Part shown: in pieces, positions 1 to 9,058 of the stretch
How positions within the stretch are numbered: position 1 is the first letter of the stretch
How the letters are laid out: every line of letters begins with the position of its first letter
Assembly (NCBI GenBank): GCA_038749735.1
Contig: JBCDHS010000008.1
Coordinates: 5,797 to 69,796 of the forward strand
Length of the DNA stretch: 64,000 nt
Source: Planctomycetota bacterium
GTDB taxonomy: Bacteria > Planctomycetota > Phycisphaerae > Phycisphaerales > Phycisphaeraceae
Reading direction: 5' to 3'
Position numbers and translations under genes: made by a program
Notes under the pieces: generated by a model
Database searches by the model: none
Told to the model about the DNA's origin: nothing
What the model saw: only the letters and a program-made list of their open reading frames with translations

Positions 1-303
1 GAAGTTCAGTTGGGAGATGTCTGCAGTACCAATCGAGTAGATGTCCAAGTAAATCGAGGTTGCGGCTGACACGTTAGTGCCTTTGGCAAACTCGATTGAT
101 TCGAGTTCCAGAGGCCCGCTGAAAATAGAAGAATCCAACTCAAAGTATTGGCCAAAGTTAAGGCTGCCAGAATTCCCTTGCTGGAACGTCTGTTCGATAA
201 CTTCCGCTTCCGTGTTGCCCGCCACACAACCCATGGCTGCGGCGACGAGACCCATCGCAACGGACTTGTTCCAGGCCATTGTTTTCTTTACACAACGTTT
301 CAT
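1..303 (-). CDS. Secreted protein (possibly PEP-CTERM-type); C-terminus runs off the window start
   Basis: Missed by the ORF track because no stop lies in the window. Manual translation from ATG at 303: MKRCVKKTMAWNKSVAMGLVAAAMGCVAGNTEA-EVIEQTFQQGNSGSLNFGQYFELDSS..., with a signal-peptide-like N-terminus. GGAG SD lies upstream. Confidence 0.7.
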   Translation of the reverse strand, partial: MKRCVKKTMAWNKSVAMGLVAAAMGCVAGNTEAEVIEQTFQQGNSGSLNFGQYFELDSSIFSGPLELESIEFAKGTNVSAATSIYLDIYSIGTADISQLNF

Positions 304-709
304 AATCTATCTCCAAAAAAGGTTTCAAAAGCTGCGAAATGTTGAGGGGGCACCTCTTCAATTTCCTTAAAAAAATCTTCTTCCTAAGCATTGCCTGCAT
401 GCACAGGCGGTTTGATCATTTTTTAAGTACTCCTGTGTACTTGCCAATCATTCTTTAAACAGGCCGATGTCGCCCGGTGTAGTAAGCAACGATCGGGTGG
501 ATGGGGGCTACCGTTTCAGGGGTGTCGCTTTAGAGCAACTGCGAGCAACTCAAGAGGCTGTAACAAAAGCCTGTCCGGCCCCGACCAGACGATGGTGGAT
601 CGGTTGCCGAAGGCTTGGGCATCGTGTTTCGTTTTCAATTCCATGCTTTAAAATTTCTCCTTCCAAAAGGTCACTGCTGCTTACAGGCCAGAGCAGGCTC
701 CGGGTAAGA

Positions 710-2314
710 CTAGGGTTGGGGTGTGTCCTCCCCGGATTGGATCAGGACACGGAACTGATCGATGCTTTTCGCCGCCAATTCAAACTCGATTGTGAGGCGA
801 TCCTCGCTGAGACGGATGGTGTCTTTGTCATTGAGCTGGTTTGTCTTGTGCTGATCCAGGTAGGGCTCAAGGCCGTCTCCCCGGTGGGTGCCCAGATCCG
901 AATCGGGTAAAGCGAACTGGGGGTCGCTGGCCATCCGATGGTCGGTGCCCACCATGATGCCCACGACCGGGCGGGGAAACGTCACCCGCCCCTTGATGGA
1001 AGTGAGCTCACCACTGGCCGTGTTGAACCGCACCAGGTAGCTGTCGACGGCGGCCTGAAGGTCGATGGATTCTTCCAACGCAATAAAGTCCCGGTAGACC
1101 CCGGGATCGGTGATGGCAACCTCGAGTGGACCCGATGGGCTCACCCCTACCCGCTCAAGCAGCACATGGCATCGCTGATCGCTCGCAAGCGACTCCGAGG
1201 TTTGGTCATTGATGGCAAGTTGGCCGACATACCGGGCCTGCCCCTGCGTCAGCACCGTGTAGCGTGCGTCTTCGGTGTCGGTCACAAAACTGAAACGATC
1301 CAATCCGCCAAGCTGTAGATCCGGCCCACGTTCGATCGAGACGGACTGCTGCTCTCTGAGCATGACCGCCTGGCCGATCGGCATGCCCAATCCGTCCACG
1401 GGCACTGCTTGGACAAGACCCGAGTACACGTAGGATGCGTTTTGCCCGGTTTCCGGGTCAACTAAAACACCAAACGCGGTACCCAAGTCGGTCAAGCGTA
1501 GTTTCGGGGTGTGTACTTCGAAGATGGCATCTGAATGCTCGGTGGTCGCAAAAATACGCCCCTTATGGATGCGGATACTGGTTGAAGAAACCGCTTCGAT
1601 TTGTGCGGGCGCTTGCACCAGGACACGGGCACCCTGGGTAAAGGACAACTCGGCAAAGCCTTTGTTGAGCTGAATCGATTGCCCCGCATATAGCCCTTCA
1701 ACGGGCTGGCGGTCCCATTGGGCCTGGTAGCCGTCCAGTACCGTGGCGATCAAAACCGGCTCTTCTGGGCGTGGCGGCTCGTCCAAGGGCGTTTGGTCAG
1801 CCGAGGGCGGCTCAACAGCCCAGGACGGGACCGATGTTTGGCCCGTTGCTGGCTCGGTTGTCTCGACGAGCTCATTCGGTGCAGGGGCTGTTTCTTTCGA
1901 AGGCATCAACAAGATGAAGGCAACGATGAGGGTTGCCGCGATCGCGGTGACGAGCGTGACCCTGGTGCGCAAACCCCTGCCGAGCAGGTAGCCGACGAGT
2001 GATGACAACTCACCCAGCGAGATCGGCTCATCGTTGGGCTTGCCAACGGGGGGCTCGGGAGAAGGCGGTTGCAGGAGCGAGAAATCCGGTTCGGCGTTTT
2101 CTTCCGCCTCGCGCAGGATCGCGAGGATCGCGGCGGCGTCCTGCTTTTCGTGCTCGCAGAGCATGTGCCATTCGAGCAGGCCATGCTCGGCGAATAGCCT
2201 GATATTCGCCAGGTCTTGGCGGAACCACTGCTCCAGGGCGGCGAGTTGCTCGTCGGTCGCGCGCTCGGCGTAGTAGGCCTGGATGGCTTGCTGGATTGGG
2301 TCGGGGATCGTCAC
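710..2314 (-). CDS. FecR-domain transmembrane anti-sigma/sensor protein
   Basis: N-terminal anti-sigma-like helices, one TM (VTLVTAIAATLIVAFILL), FecR core (GFAELSFTQGARVLVQAPA...DLGTAFGV) and a C-terminal extracytoplasmic domain. Starts 1 nt after the ECF stop. Confidence 0.85.
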   Translation of the reverse strand: MTIPDPIQQAIQAYYAERATDEQLAALEQWFRQDLANIRLFAEHGLLEWHMLCEHEKQDAAAILAILREAEENAEPDFSLLQPPSPEPPVGKPNDEPISLGELSSLVGYLLGRGLRTRVTLVTAIAATLIVAFILLMPSKETAPAPNELVETTEPATGQTSVPSWAVEPPSADQTPLDEPPRPEEPVLIATVLDGYQAQWDRQPVEGLYAGQSIQLNKGFAELSFTQGARVLVQAPAQIEAVSSTSIRIHKGRIFATTEHSDAIFEVHTPKLRLTDLGTAFGVLVDPETGQNASYVYSGLVQAVPVDGLGMPIGQAVMLREQQSVSIERGPDLQLGGLDRFSFVTDTEDARYTVLTQGQARYVGQLAINDQTSESLASDQRCHVLLERVGVSPSGPLEVAITDPGVYRDFIALEESIDLQAAVDSYLVRFNTASGELTSIKGRVTFPRPVVGIMVGTDHRMASDPQFALPDSDLGTHRGDGLEPYLDQHKTNQLNDKDTIRLSEDRLTIEFELAAKSIDQFRVLIQSGEDTPQP

Positions 2315-2315
2315 G

Positions 2316-2840
2316 CTAGTGTGTTTCCAGGTACTGATTAATGCAGAGGCGTAGGGCCTCGCGGACGCGATAAATCATGGTGTCGATCGAGCCGACGCTG
2401 CCTCCGACCTGGTTGGCGATGTCTTGGGAAGACTGCCGCCTGGCGTACTTCAGGTCGAGGACCCTGCGGTGGCGTTCGCTGAGCCTTTTCATGCAGTGGC
2501 GTAGGGCCTCGGCCCGGGCGTCTTCTTCGGTCTCGATTTGTTCGTAGACCTGGGTCATTTGGTCGACGATTTCGCTGGAAAAGACGATGGGCCGGCGGTT
2601 TTTGGCGCGGTAGGCGTCGGCGATGCGTTGGCGGGCGATACCGATGAGCCAGCCGAGGAACGGCCGGGCCTGGTCGTATTGCTCGAAATTCTTGGTGGCC
2701 AGCCGGGCGACTTCCTGCATGATGTCCTCGGCCAAAGCATGGTCGGGGACATGGGCACAGACGTATCCGCCCAGCGTGTTTTGGGACTTAAGCCAGAGTT
2801 CGGCAAAGCTCTTTTCAGTTTTCAAAGCTGGATCGGACAA
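2316..2840 (-). CDS. ECF sigma-70 factor
   Basis: Region 2 (AEDIMQEVA...FLGWLIGIARQRI) and region 4 (LSERHRRVLDLKY...SSQDIANQVG...YRVREALRLC); TTG start. Confidence 0.9.
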   Translation of the reverse strand: MSDPALKTEKSFAELWLKSQNTLGGYVCAHVPDHALAEDIMQEVARLATKNFEQYDQARPFLGWLIGIARQRIADAYRAKNRRPIVFSSEIVDQMTQVYEQIETEEDARAEALRHCMKRLSERHRRVLDLKYARRQSSQDIANQVGGSVGSIDTMIYRVREALRLCINQYLETH

Positions 2841-3042
2841 AATGGTGCTGCAGGCATGGCTTTGGGAGGGCTTTTCAGTGGCATTAGCGCCTCACTCACC
2901 CTAGATAACGCGAGAATGAACGGCATCTCACATGCGATCCAAGAAATCTATGGTTTCGATCTTGATGCGCGTGGAAATACCTGGTGCTTCAGGGTCCGGA
3001 TGTGGGATAGCCATGCTAACCCGCGTCGCTCACTTAAGTTGA

Positions 3043-3048
3043 TAGAAT
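3043..3048 (+). promoter_or_regulatory. -10 box (extended TG-A-TAGAAT), leaderless-type
   Basis: TAGAAT followed by 6 nt, then GTG 3055; no SD. Confidence 0.6.
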
Positions 3049-3054
3049 CCGGCC

Positions 3055-4977
3055 GTGAGCAAGAAGACCCCGACAGCATCCAAGCCTGGCCGCGCGTCCG
3101 ATCGCCCCGAGCGGCGGGTTAAACCCCGGACCAAGGCCCCCGCCCCGTGCTACGACATGGGCATCGTGGGCAACGGTCGGACCGCGGCACTCATCGACAA
3201 GGATGGCTCGGTCGTCTTTATGTGCTTCCCCGACTTCGACTCCGGAGCGGTGTTCTGCGACCTGCTCTCGAAGGATAAGGGGGGTAAGTTCGGCATCGAG
3301 ATCGTCGGTGGTAAAACGGCCTGGCAGCGCTACGAGGACCATACCAATGTGCTGGCGACGCGGTTTGAGTCGAAGGACGGCGGGTTTGACGTGATCGATT
3401 TCATGCCACGCTACCGGTTGGACGGCGCGGAGGAGCCCTGCCACCCGCCTGACCTGGTGCGGGTGGTGCGTCGGGTCTGGGGCAAGCCGAAGCTCCGGGT
3501 GCGTTACAACCCCCAACTCGAGTTCGCCAAGGGCGAGACGGATACTCAGATCATTGGCCCGGGTCGGATCAAGAGTACGGTCGAGCGGCAGGAGAAGGGC
3601 ACGGGCGAGACCTACGAGTCGGTGTACCTGCACACGGACCTGGATGTCGAGAAGGTGCTCAAAGGTCGGCCGATTGAGTTGGCGGGTGAGAAGTTCCTGC
3701 TGCTGAGCTACAACGACAAGCTGCGGGAGCCGACAAACACGCTGATCCGGCTGATGCTGGCCAAGACCCATGCGTACTGGTTCAACTGGGCGTCTCATAC
3801 AACCCACCCGCCGCTGTACCGTGACGCGGTGGTGCGCTCGGCGCTAACACTCAAGCTGCTTCAGTTCGGGCCGAGCGGCGCCCTGCTCGCGGCCGCGACG
3901 ACGTCATTACCCGAGTCGATCGGCGAGGTGCGGAACTGGGACTACCGGTTCTGCTGGATCCGAGACGCCTCGATGACCGTCTCGGTCCTGCGACGCATCG
4001 GCAACACCGGGATGGCCTACCGATTTGTCGACTGGGTGATGGATACCGTCCCGACCAAGGACGACAACCTGCAGATCATGTACGGCATCCGCGGGGAGAA
4101 GAACCTGACCGAGAAGACCCTGGACCACCTCGACGGTTACATGGGTTCTAAGCCCGTGCGGGTTGGCAACGCCGCGTACAAGCAGAAGCAGCACGACATC
4201 TATGGCGCCGTGCTCGATGTGATCTGGCAGACCCTGCCGCACTTCGCCGACCGCTTCGACCGGATCGAGGAGGTCTGGACGCGGGTCCGCTCGGTGGTGC
4301 GGACGGTGGAGCGGCTCTGGCACCTGCCGGACCGAGGCATCTGGGAGATGCGGGGGATCAAGCGGCACTTTGTGTTTTCGAAGGTGCTGTGCTGGGTGGC
4401 GGTAGACCGTGCGGCGAAGATCGGCCGGGCGTTGGGCCGGGCGGAGTGGGCGGCTGAGCATGAAAGGCTCGCCGAGGAAATCCGGGCGGATGTGCAGCGC
4501 AAGGGCTGGAATGAAAAGGTCGGGGCTTACACCCAGTCCTATGGCAGCGAGGAATTGGACGCGTCCAACCTATTGATGCTGGACTACGGCTTCTGTTCAT
4601 CCCACGACCCGCGTTTTATCTCGACCGTCGAGCAGACCCAGAAGCACCTGGGTAGGGACGGGCTTCTCTACCGCTACAAGGGCAAGGACGACTTCGGCGA
4701 GCCGACCAGCGCGTTTACGATCTGCTCGTTCTGGATGGCCAAGGCCTTGGTGCGTATCGGTCGGCTGCAGGAGGGCCGGGACCTGTTTGAAGAGCTACTT
4801 GCCTGTACGAATCACGTCGGGCTGATGGCCGAGGACCTGGAGTTTAAGACCCGCCGGCAGCTGGGCAACTTCCCGCAAGCCTACTCTCACCTCGCGTTGA
4901 TCGACACGGCCCTTGCGATCAACGCCCAGGCGGGATGGACCGAGCCCACGGACCTGTCCGAGCGGGCGCTGTACTGA
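3055..4977 (+). CDS. Glycoside hydrolase family 15 (glucoamylase/trehalase-like)
   Basis: AAATTSLPE...RNWDYRFCWIRD, GIWEMRG and LGNFPQAYSH motifs. Confidence 0.92.
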   Translation: MSKKTPTASKPGRASDRPERRVKPRTKAPAPCYDMGIVGNGRTAALIDKDGSVVFMCFPDFDSGAVFCDLLSKDKGGKFGIEIVGGKTAWQRYEDHTNVLATRFESKDGGFDVIDFMPRYRLDGAEEPCHPPDLVRVVRRVWGKPKLRVRYNPQLEFAKGETDTQIIGPGRIKSTVERQEKGTGETYESVYLHTDLDVEKVLKGRPIELAGEKFLLLSYNDKLREPTNTLIRLMLAKTHAYWFNWASHTTHPPLYRDAVVRSALTLKLLQFGPSGALLAAATTSLPESIGEVRNWDYRFCWIRDASMTVSVLRRIGNTGMAYRFVDWVMDTVPTKDDNLQIMYGIRGEKNLTEKTLDHLDGYMGSKPVRVGNAAYKQKQHDIYGAVLDVIWQTLPHFADRFDRIEEVWTRVRSVVRTVERLWHLPDRGIWEMRGIKRHFVFSKVLCWVAVDRAAKIGRALGRAEWAAEHERLAEEIRADVQRKGWNEKVGAYTQSYGSEELDASNLLMLDYGFCSSHDPRFISTVEQTQKHLGRDGLLYRYKGKDDFGEPTSAFTICSFWMAKALVRIGRLQEGRDLFEELLACTNHVGLMAEDLEFKTRRQLGNFPQAYSHLALIDTALAINAQAGWTEPTDLSERALY

Positions 4978-4983
4978 CCCGCC

Positions 4984-5835
4984 CTACCATCCCCAGACCT
5001 TCCTGATGTCGTCGGTGTATTCGCCGGGCATCGATCCCTGGCGGAGGGTGTAGACCGGGACGTGTGGCGGGCAGAAGATGCGAAACTTGATAGGCGATTG
5101 AGCAAGTGGTGTGCTCCCTACGCCACGCGTGATCAGGCAGAGGGTGTCGCGGTGGCGCAGCAGCCCGGACGACATGGTCAGTGGCAGATCGCTGGAGTTG
5201 TGCAGCGGGGGGCCGAAGGGCAGTCGCACCTGCCCGCCGTGGGTATGGCCTGCCAAGACAAGGTCGGCCCCGAGGTCGCTACAGGCCGTCAGGTGGTCTG
5301 GCTTATGGGTTAGCGCGAGACGGAAGCGTTTGCCCTGATGGGTGTTCAAAATAACCTCACCCGCGTCGGTCCGATCGAGCGCCATGCCAACCGACAGGGC
5401 CGCGGCAACCGGGTCCGGTTTGCCGCCGACCGCGTCCATGTGCAGGCCCAGCAGATCAATCGGCTTGCCCTGGATCGTCACGGCTTCATCTCGCAGCCAA
5501 CGCACCGGCAAGTCGGCCGCCTGATCCGTGAACTCGGCCCAGTCATGGTTGCCGAAGACACCGTACCAGCCCAGCGCGGGGCGGACCTGGGTCACCAACT
5601 CGCGGAGGTACGGCATGGCCCGGCCCAGGCCGCGGTGCTTGATCATGTAGTCGCCGGTGAGCACGCCCAGGTCGAGCTTGATCTTAGCGAGCTGGTAGAT
5701 CATCCGGTCCAGCCGCTTGGTCCGGCGATCGGTGTGCAGGTCCGAGACGTGGGCGATACGAAATCCGTCCAGCGTCTGAGGGAAGCTGGGCAGGGCGACA
5801 TCAACCGACTCAACAATGCCATAGGCAAGCGGCAT
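4984..5835 (-). CDS. Metallophosphoesterase (calcineurin-like, YkuE-type)
   Basis: SDLH, TGD, GNHD, THKPD and GHTHGGQ motifs. Start chosen at ATG 5835; the track start is 5904. Confidence 0.88.
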   Translation of the reverse strand: MPLAYGIVESVDVALPSFPQTLDGFRIAHVSDLHTDRRTKRLDRMIYQLAKIKLDLGVLTGDYMIKHRGLGRAMPYLRELVTQVRPALGWYGVFGNHDWAEFTDQAADLPVRWLRDEAVTIQGKPIDLLGLHMDAVGGKPDPVAAALSVGMALDRTDAGEVILNTHQGKRFRLALTHKPDHLTACSDLGADLVLAGHTHGGQVRLPFGPPLHNSSDLPLTMSSGLLRHRDTLCLITRGVGSTPLAQSPIKFRIFCPPHVPVYTLRQGSMPGEYTDDIRKVWGW

Positions 5836-5934
5836 GCGGACATATTCGCCCCTTGGGGCTGCCCCTGCAAGCAGATGAAGACTGTGGTTAGATTTGTACG
5901 GCAATCGCCGTTCAGCAGCCGATCAATAGGAATT

Positions 5935-6567
5935 GTGACGCATCAAAAATCTCCCCGCAATGCTCGTCGTTTACCGTCCAAGGCCGACTCGGTTGTGGGC
6001 GGTTTGTTGAGTTGGATTTTTGTCGCGGTCGGTATCGCGGCGATCGCGGCGGGCTCGCTGATCCCGGCGTACTTGGACACGCTCGAGACCCGCGAACAGC
6101 GTAAGCTGATCCAGCTCAAGGCTGATCAGTTGCGTGAAGAGCGTGACCGCTACCGCGATTTCTACCTCGCGTTGCAGGCCGACGAGCCGATCCTGCTGGA
6201 GCGACTGGCCTTTACCCAGCTTCGCCTCAAGCCGGTGGGTACGGACACCGCCGACTTCGGCCCGATCGATCCGGCCGCCGTGATCGACAGCCCCGACCCG
6301 GACACGATCCGCCAGGTCGCCATGCAGTGGCGATCCAGCCAGTCGGTCGAGTACTGGCTGAGCCGGCCCGACCTCAAGCAGCAGGCCCGGGTCGCGGTCG
6401 AGTTGGAACGGCCGCGGGATACCCGCCTGATCCGCACCGTCACCGGCGAGTATCGGCCGTTCGTCTCGGGCTTTGGCGCGTTTGTCCTGCTCGTGGGCCT
6501 CTGGCCTCGGCGCGGCCCCGCGACACCTCGGCCTACGCCAGGCCCAGGTCTTCATACAGCGCCGTAA
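5935..6567 (+). CDS. Membrane protein with TM + coiled coil + DivIC/FtsB-like motif and a second C-terminal TM
   Basis: 3' part of the 5338-6567 ORF. TM LLSWIFVAVGIAAIAAGSLIP; coiled coil ETREQRKLIQLKADQLREERDRY; DEPILLERLAFTQLRLKPVG. GTG start with AGGA upstream. Confidence 0.65.
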   Translation: MTHQKSPRNARRLPSKADSVVGGLLSWIFVAVGIAAIAAGSLIPAYLDTLETREQRKLIQLKADQLREERDRYRDFYLALQADEPILLERLAFTQLRLKPVGTDTADFGPIDPAAVIDSPDPDTIRQVAMQWRSSQSVEYWLSRPDLKQQARVAVELERPRDTRLIRTVTGEYRPFVSGFGAFVLLVGLWPRRGPATPRPTPGPGLHTAP

Positions 6568-7636
6568 GCAGCGCGTGCATGCGGCGCTGGTGCCCGATCT
6601 CGCCGGGCATCCCATTGAACACAACCCCCACCGCCAGGCCATGATCCGGATCGGCAAAGCCGACGGATGACTGGGCACCGCCGTGGCCGAAGGTCTCCCG
6701 GCTCGCGTGGTCACCGTAACCGTAGGGCACGAGCCCCGCATCACCGCCCGGGGCATGGTGCGCCGAGTTGATCACAAACCCAAGCCCCCAGTCCACGACC
6801 GACTTGAAAGTCTGGTCCAGCATCTCTGTACGCCTTCGGCCGGTCATCAGCTCGACCGTCTCCGCCTGCAATAAACGCTCACCCTCGCCCGACACGCCAC
6901 CGGCCAGCAGCATCTCGTAGAAGCGCACCAACTCCGAGATCGGGCCCATGCAGTTGCCGCCGGGGCGTGGGCGGGTCGACCAGTCCGGCCCGGTCAGGCC
7001 CGAGGCCCTTATCTCGCTGGTTGCCGTGCTCGGCATGGCGAGCAACCGGCCGGCCGCCTCGTACCGCTCATAGACGTCCGTCGGCATGCCGAGCCACGAA
7101 TCCAGCATGCCCAAAGGGAGAAAAACCTCTTCACGGACATAGGTGTCGATCGTCCGCCCATCGACCAGGCGGACCAGTTCGCCAAGGATGAACCAGCTGG
7201 TCTGCACGTGGTAGCCCGCGCCCTGCCCCGCGGCCCACTCGGGCTGGGTATCACAGATCGCAGCGATGATCGTGTCCCAATCATCACGAGGAAACTTGAA
7301 GCGGGCCGTGCGGATGCCCGCCGTGTGTGTGAGCAGGTGACGGACCGTAATGTCACCCTTGCCGTGCGCCGCGAAGCCCGGCAGGAAGGCGGCCACGGGG
7401 TCGTCCCACTCGATCTCGCCTTGCTCGACAAGCTGGGTGATCGCCACCGCCGTCACCGGCTTGCCGCTGCTCATCCACAGCGCGATCGACTGATCCGTCA
7501 TCGCATGCCCGGGCGACGCCTCACCAACCGCCAGCGCCGCGACCGTTTGCCCCTCCCGCGAAACGCAGAGCTGCGCCCCGGTATGCAGGCCCTGTTCAAT
7601 CCCCTCCCCGATCCATGCCTCAACGCGACTGAGCAT
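6533..7636 (-). CDS. Serine hydrolase, beta-lactamase class C/PBP family
   Basis: SxxK (MSSGK), LLTHTAG, YH and FGHGG motifs. Confidence 0.9.
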   Translation of the reverse strand: MLSRVEAWIGEGIEQGLHTGAQLCVSREGQTVAALAVGEASPGHAMTDQSIALWMSSGKPVTAVAITQLVEQGEIEWDDPVAAFLPGFAAHGKGDITVRHLLTHTAGIRTARFKFPRDDWDTIIAAICDTQPEWAAGQGAGYHVQTSWFILGELVRLVDGRTIDTYVREEVFLPLGMLDSWLGMPTDVYERYEAAGRLLAMPSTATSEIRASGLTGPDWSTRPRPGGNCMGPISELVRFYEMLLAGGVSGEGERLLQAETVELMTGRRRTEMLDQTFKSVVDWGLGFVINSAHHAPGGDAGLVPYGYGDHASRETFGHGGAQSSVGFADPDHGLAVGVVFNGMPGEIGHQRRMHALLTALYEDLGLA

Positions 7637-7642
7637 AAGGCC

Positions 7643-7648
7643 ATGATA
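7643..7648 (-). promoter_or_regulatory. -10 box TATCAT, leaderless-type
   Basis: 6 nt before ATG 7636; no SD. Confidence 0.55.
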
Positions 7649-7682
7649 GAGCTTGCTCGCCCCGGTGCCGCATGGCCCCAGC

Positions 7683-8831
7683 TCAAGTGCCGAAGAGCTC
7701 CATCTGCCCTTTCGTGGATGGGGGCCGGAAGTGCTTACCGCTCAGTGGGGTGATGTGCCGGTTCAGGCCGTACCGCCGCGTGAAGACGTCGAACATCTCG
7801 GCGATCTGGCTGGCGATTACGCCCCTGCCGCGCATGCGCTGGCCTTGCTTGGCGTGGTAGAGCTTGCCGCCGTGGGCCTGGCGGATCAGCGACTCGACGT
7901 GGGCCGAACGCTCCGGCACGTGCCGGTCCAGCCAGTCCAGGAACAACTCCTTGAGCTGGTACGGCAGACGCAGCATCACCCAGGCCACCCGCTTGGCCCC
8001 CGCCGCGGCGACCGCGTCCAGGATCGCCGGCACCTCCTGGTCGGTCAGGCCCGGGATCACCGGCGCGATGTTCACCGAGACCGCCACCCCCGCCTTGCTC
8101 AACTCGCGGATCATGCGCACCCGGCCGACCGGGCTGCTCGCCCTCGGCTCCAGCTTGCTCGCCAGGACATCGTCCAGCGTCACCAGCGTCACCGTCACCC
8201 GCCCGGCGTTACGGCGGGACAGTTCCGCCCACAACTCGGTATCACGCAACGCGAGCGTGTTCTTGGTCATGGTTGCGACCGGCTGGCTGCATGCCGTCAT
8301 GACCTCCAGGCACCGCCGAGCGATCTGGTGCTCCTTCTCCAAGGGCTGATAGATGTCTGTAATCGCCGACATCACGATCGGCTCGGGCTTCCAACGGGGG
8401 CTGGCCAACTCGCGCTCCAGCATCTGCGGCGCATCAAACTTCGCCACCAGCTTCGTCTCAAAGTCCAGCCCCATCGAGAAGCCCAGGTACTCATGGTATG
8501 GCCGAGCAAAGCAGTAGATACACCCGTGCTCGCAGCCACGGTAGGGGTTAACGGTCCAGTCGAACGGGACGTCTGCCGTGGACGCGACGCGGTTGATCAG
8601 TTTGCGTGTCTGGTCCGCGTAGACCCGCAATGGGACGGTCACCGGCCGACCATCCTCGCCCGCCCACTGCCGCTCCAGCCGTTGGTAGTCGATGGCGTCG
8701 CCCAGTACGTGCAGGCGGCTGTCCTCAAAGCGGTTCCCGGGGTTCAGCCCTGCACCACGCCGGTGGACTTGTTGCCCGTCCGGCAAGGCATCGCGATACA
8801 TTGGTTCCGGCGTCTGATCCGATTCTGCCAT
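7683..8831 (-). CDS. Radical SAM protein, PA0069/Rv2578c (SPL-like) family
   Basis: NPYRGCEHGCIYCFAR (CxxxCxxC), TDIYQPLE and KLEPRAS motifs. Confidence 0.9.
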   Translation of the reverse strand: MAESDQTPEPMYRDALPDGQQVHRRGAGLNPGNRFEDSRLHVLGDAIDYQRLERQWAGEDGRPVTVPLRVYADQTRKLINRVASTADVPFDWTVNPYRGCEHGCIYCFARPYHEYLGFSMGLDFETKLVAKFDAPQMLERELASPRWKPEPIVMSAITDIYQPLEKEHQIARRCLEVMTACSQPVATMTKNTLALRDTELWAELSRRNAGRVTVTLVTLDDVLASKLEPRASSPVGRVRMIRELSKAGVAVSVNIAPVIPGLTDQEVPAILDAVAAAGAKRVAWVMLRLPYQLKELFLDWLDRHVPERSAHVESLIRQAHGGKLYHAKQGQRMRGRGVIASQIAEMFDVFTRRYGLNRHITPLSGKHFRPPSTKGQMELFGT

Positions 8832-8837
8832 GCACAA

Positions 8838-8843
8838 ACAATA
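8838..8843 (-). promoter_or_regulatory. -10 box TATTGT, leaderless-type
   Basis: 6 nt before ATG 8831; no SD. Confidence 0.5.
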
Positions 8844-9058
8844 ACCGTACATGCGAGGCGGTCAACGGATAAAGATATTTGAACCCCGCCCACGACGTGC
8901 GTGACCCACCCAACCCACTTGAAGGCACGTCCATGCCAGAGCCGTGTCATCGGAATAGGGCCAGGCTTACCGCAATGAGGCCGAGATGCTTTGTGTCAAT
9001 CGCATGAAGGGACACGCGCAACCAAACCCTCACCGCTTTTGGCTCGACATCGATCTGA

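Noticed and set aside
467-910. 147-aa plus-strand ORF
   Set aside because: It overlaps the FecR 3' end antisense and the AT-rich spacer, with no motif or codon bias.
5338-5934. N-terminal half of the 409-aa ORF 5338-6567
   Set aside because: It is antisense to the metallophosphoesterase; only the part from GTG 5935 looks protein-like.
8853-9058. 206-bp spacer with short ORFs between the radical SAM and SASA genes
   Set aside because: No convincing hairpin, repeat, SD-linked ORF or transposase motif was found.
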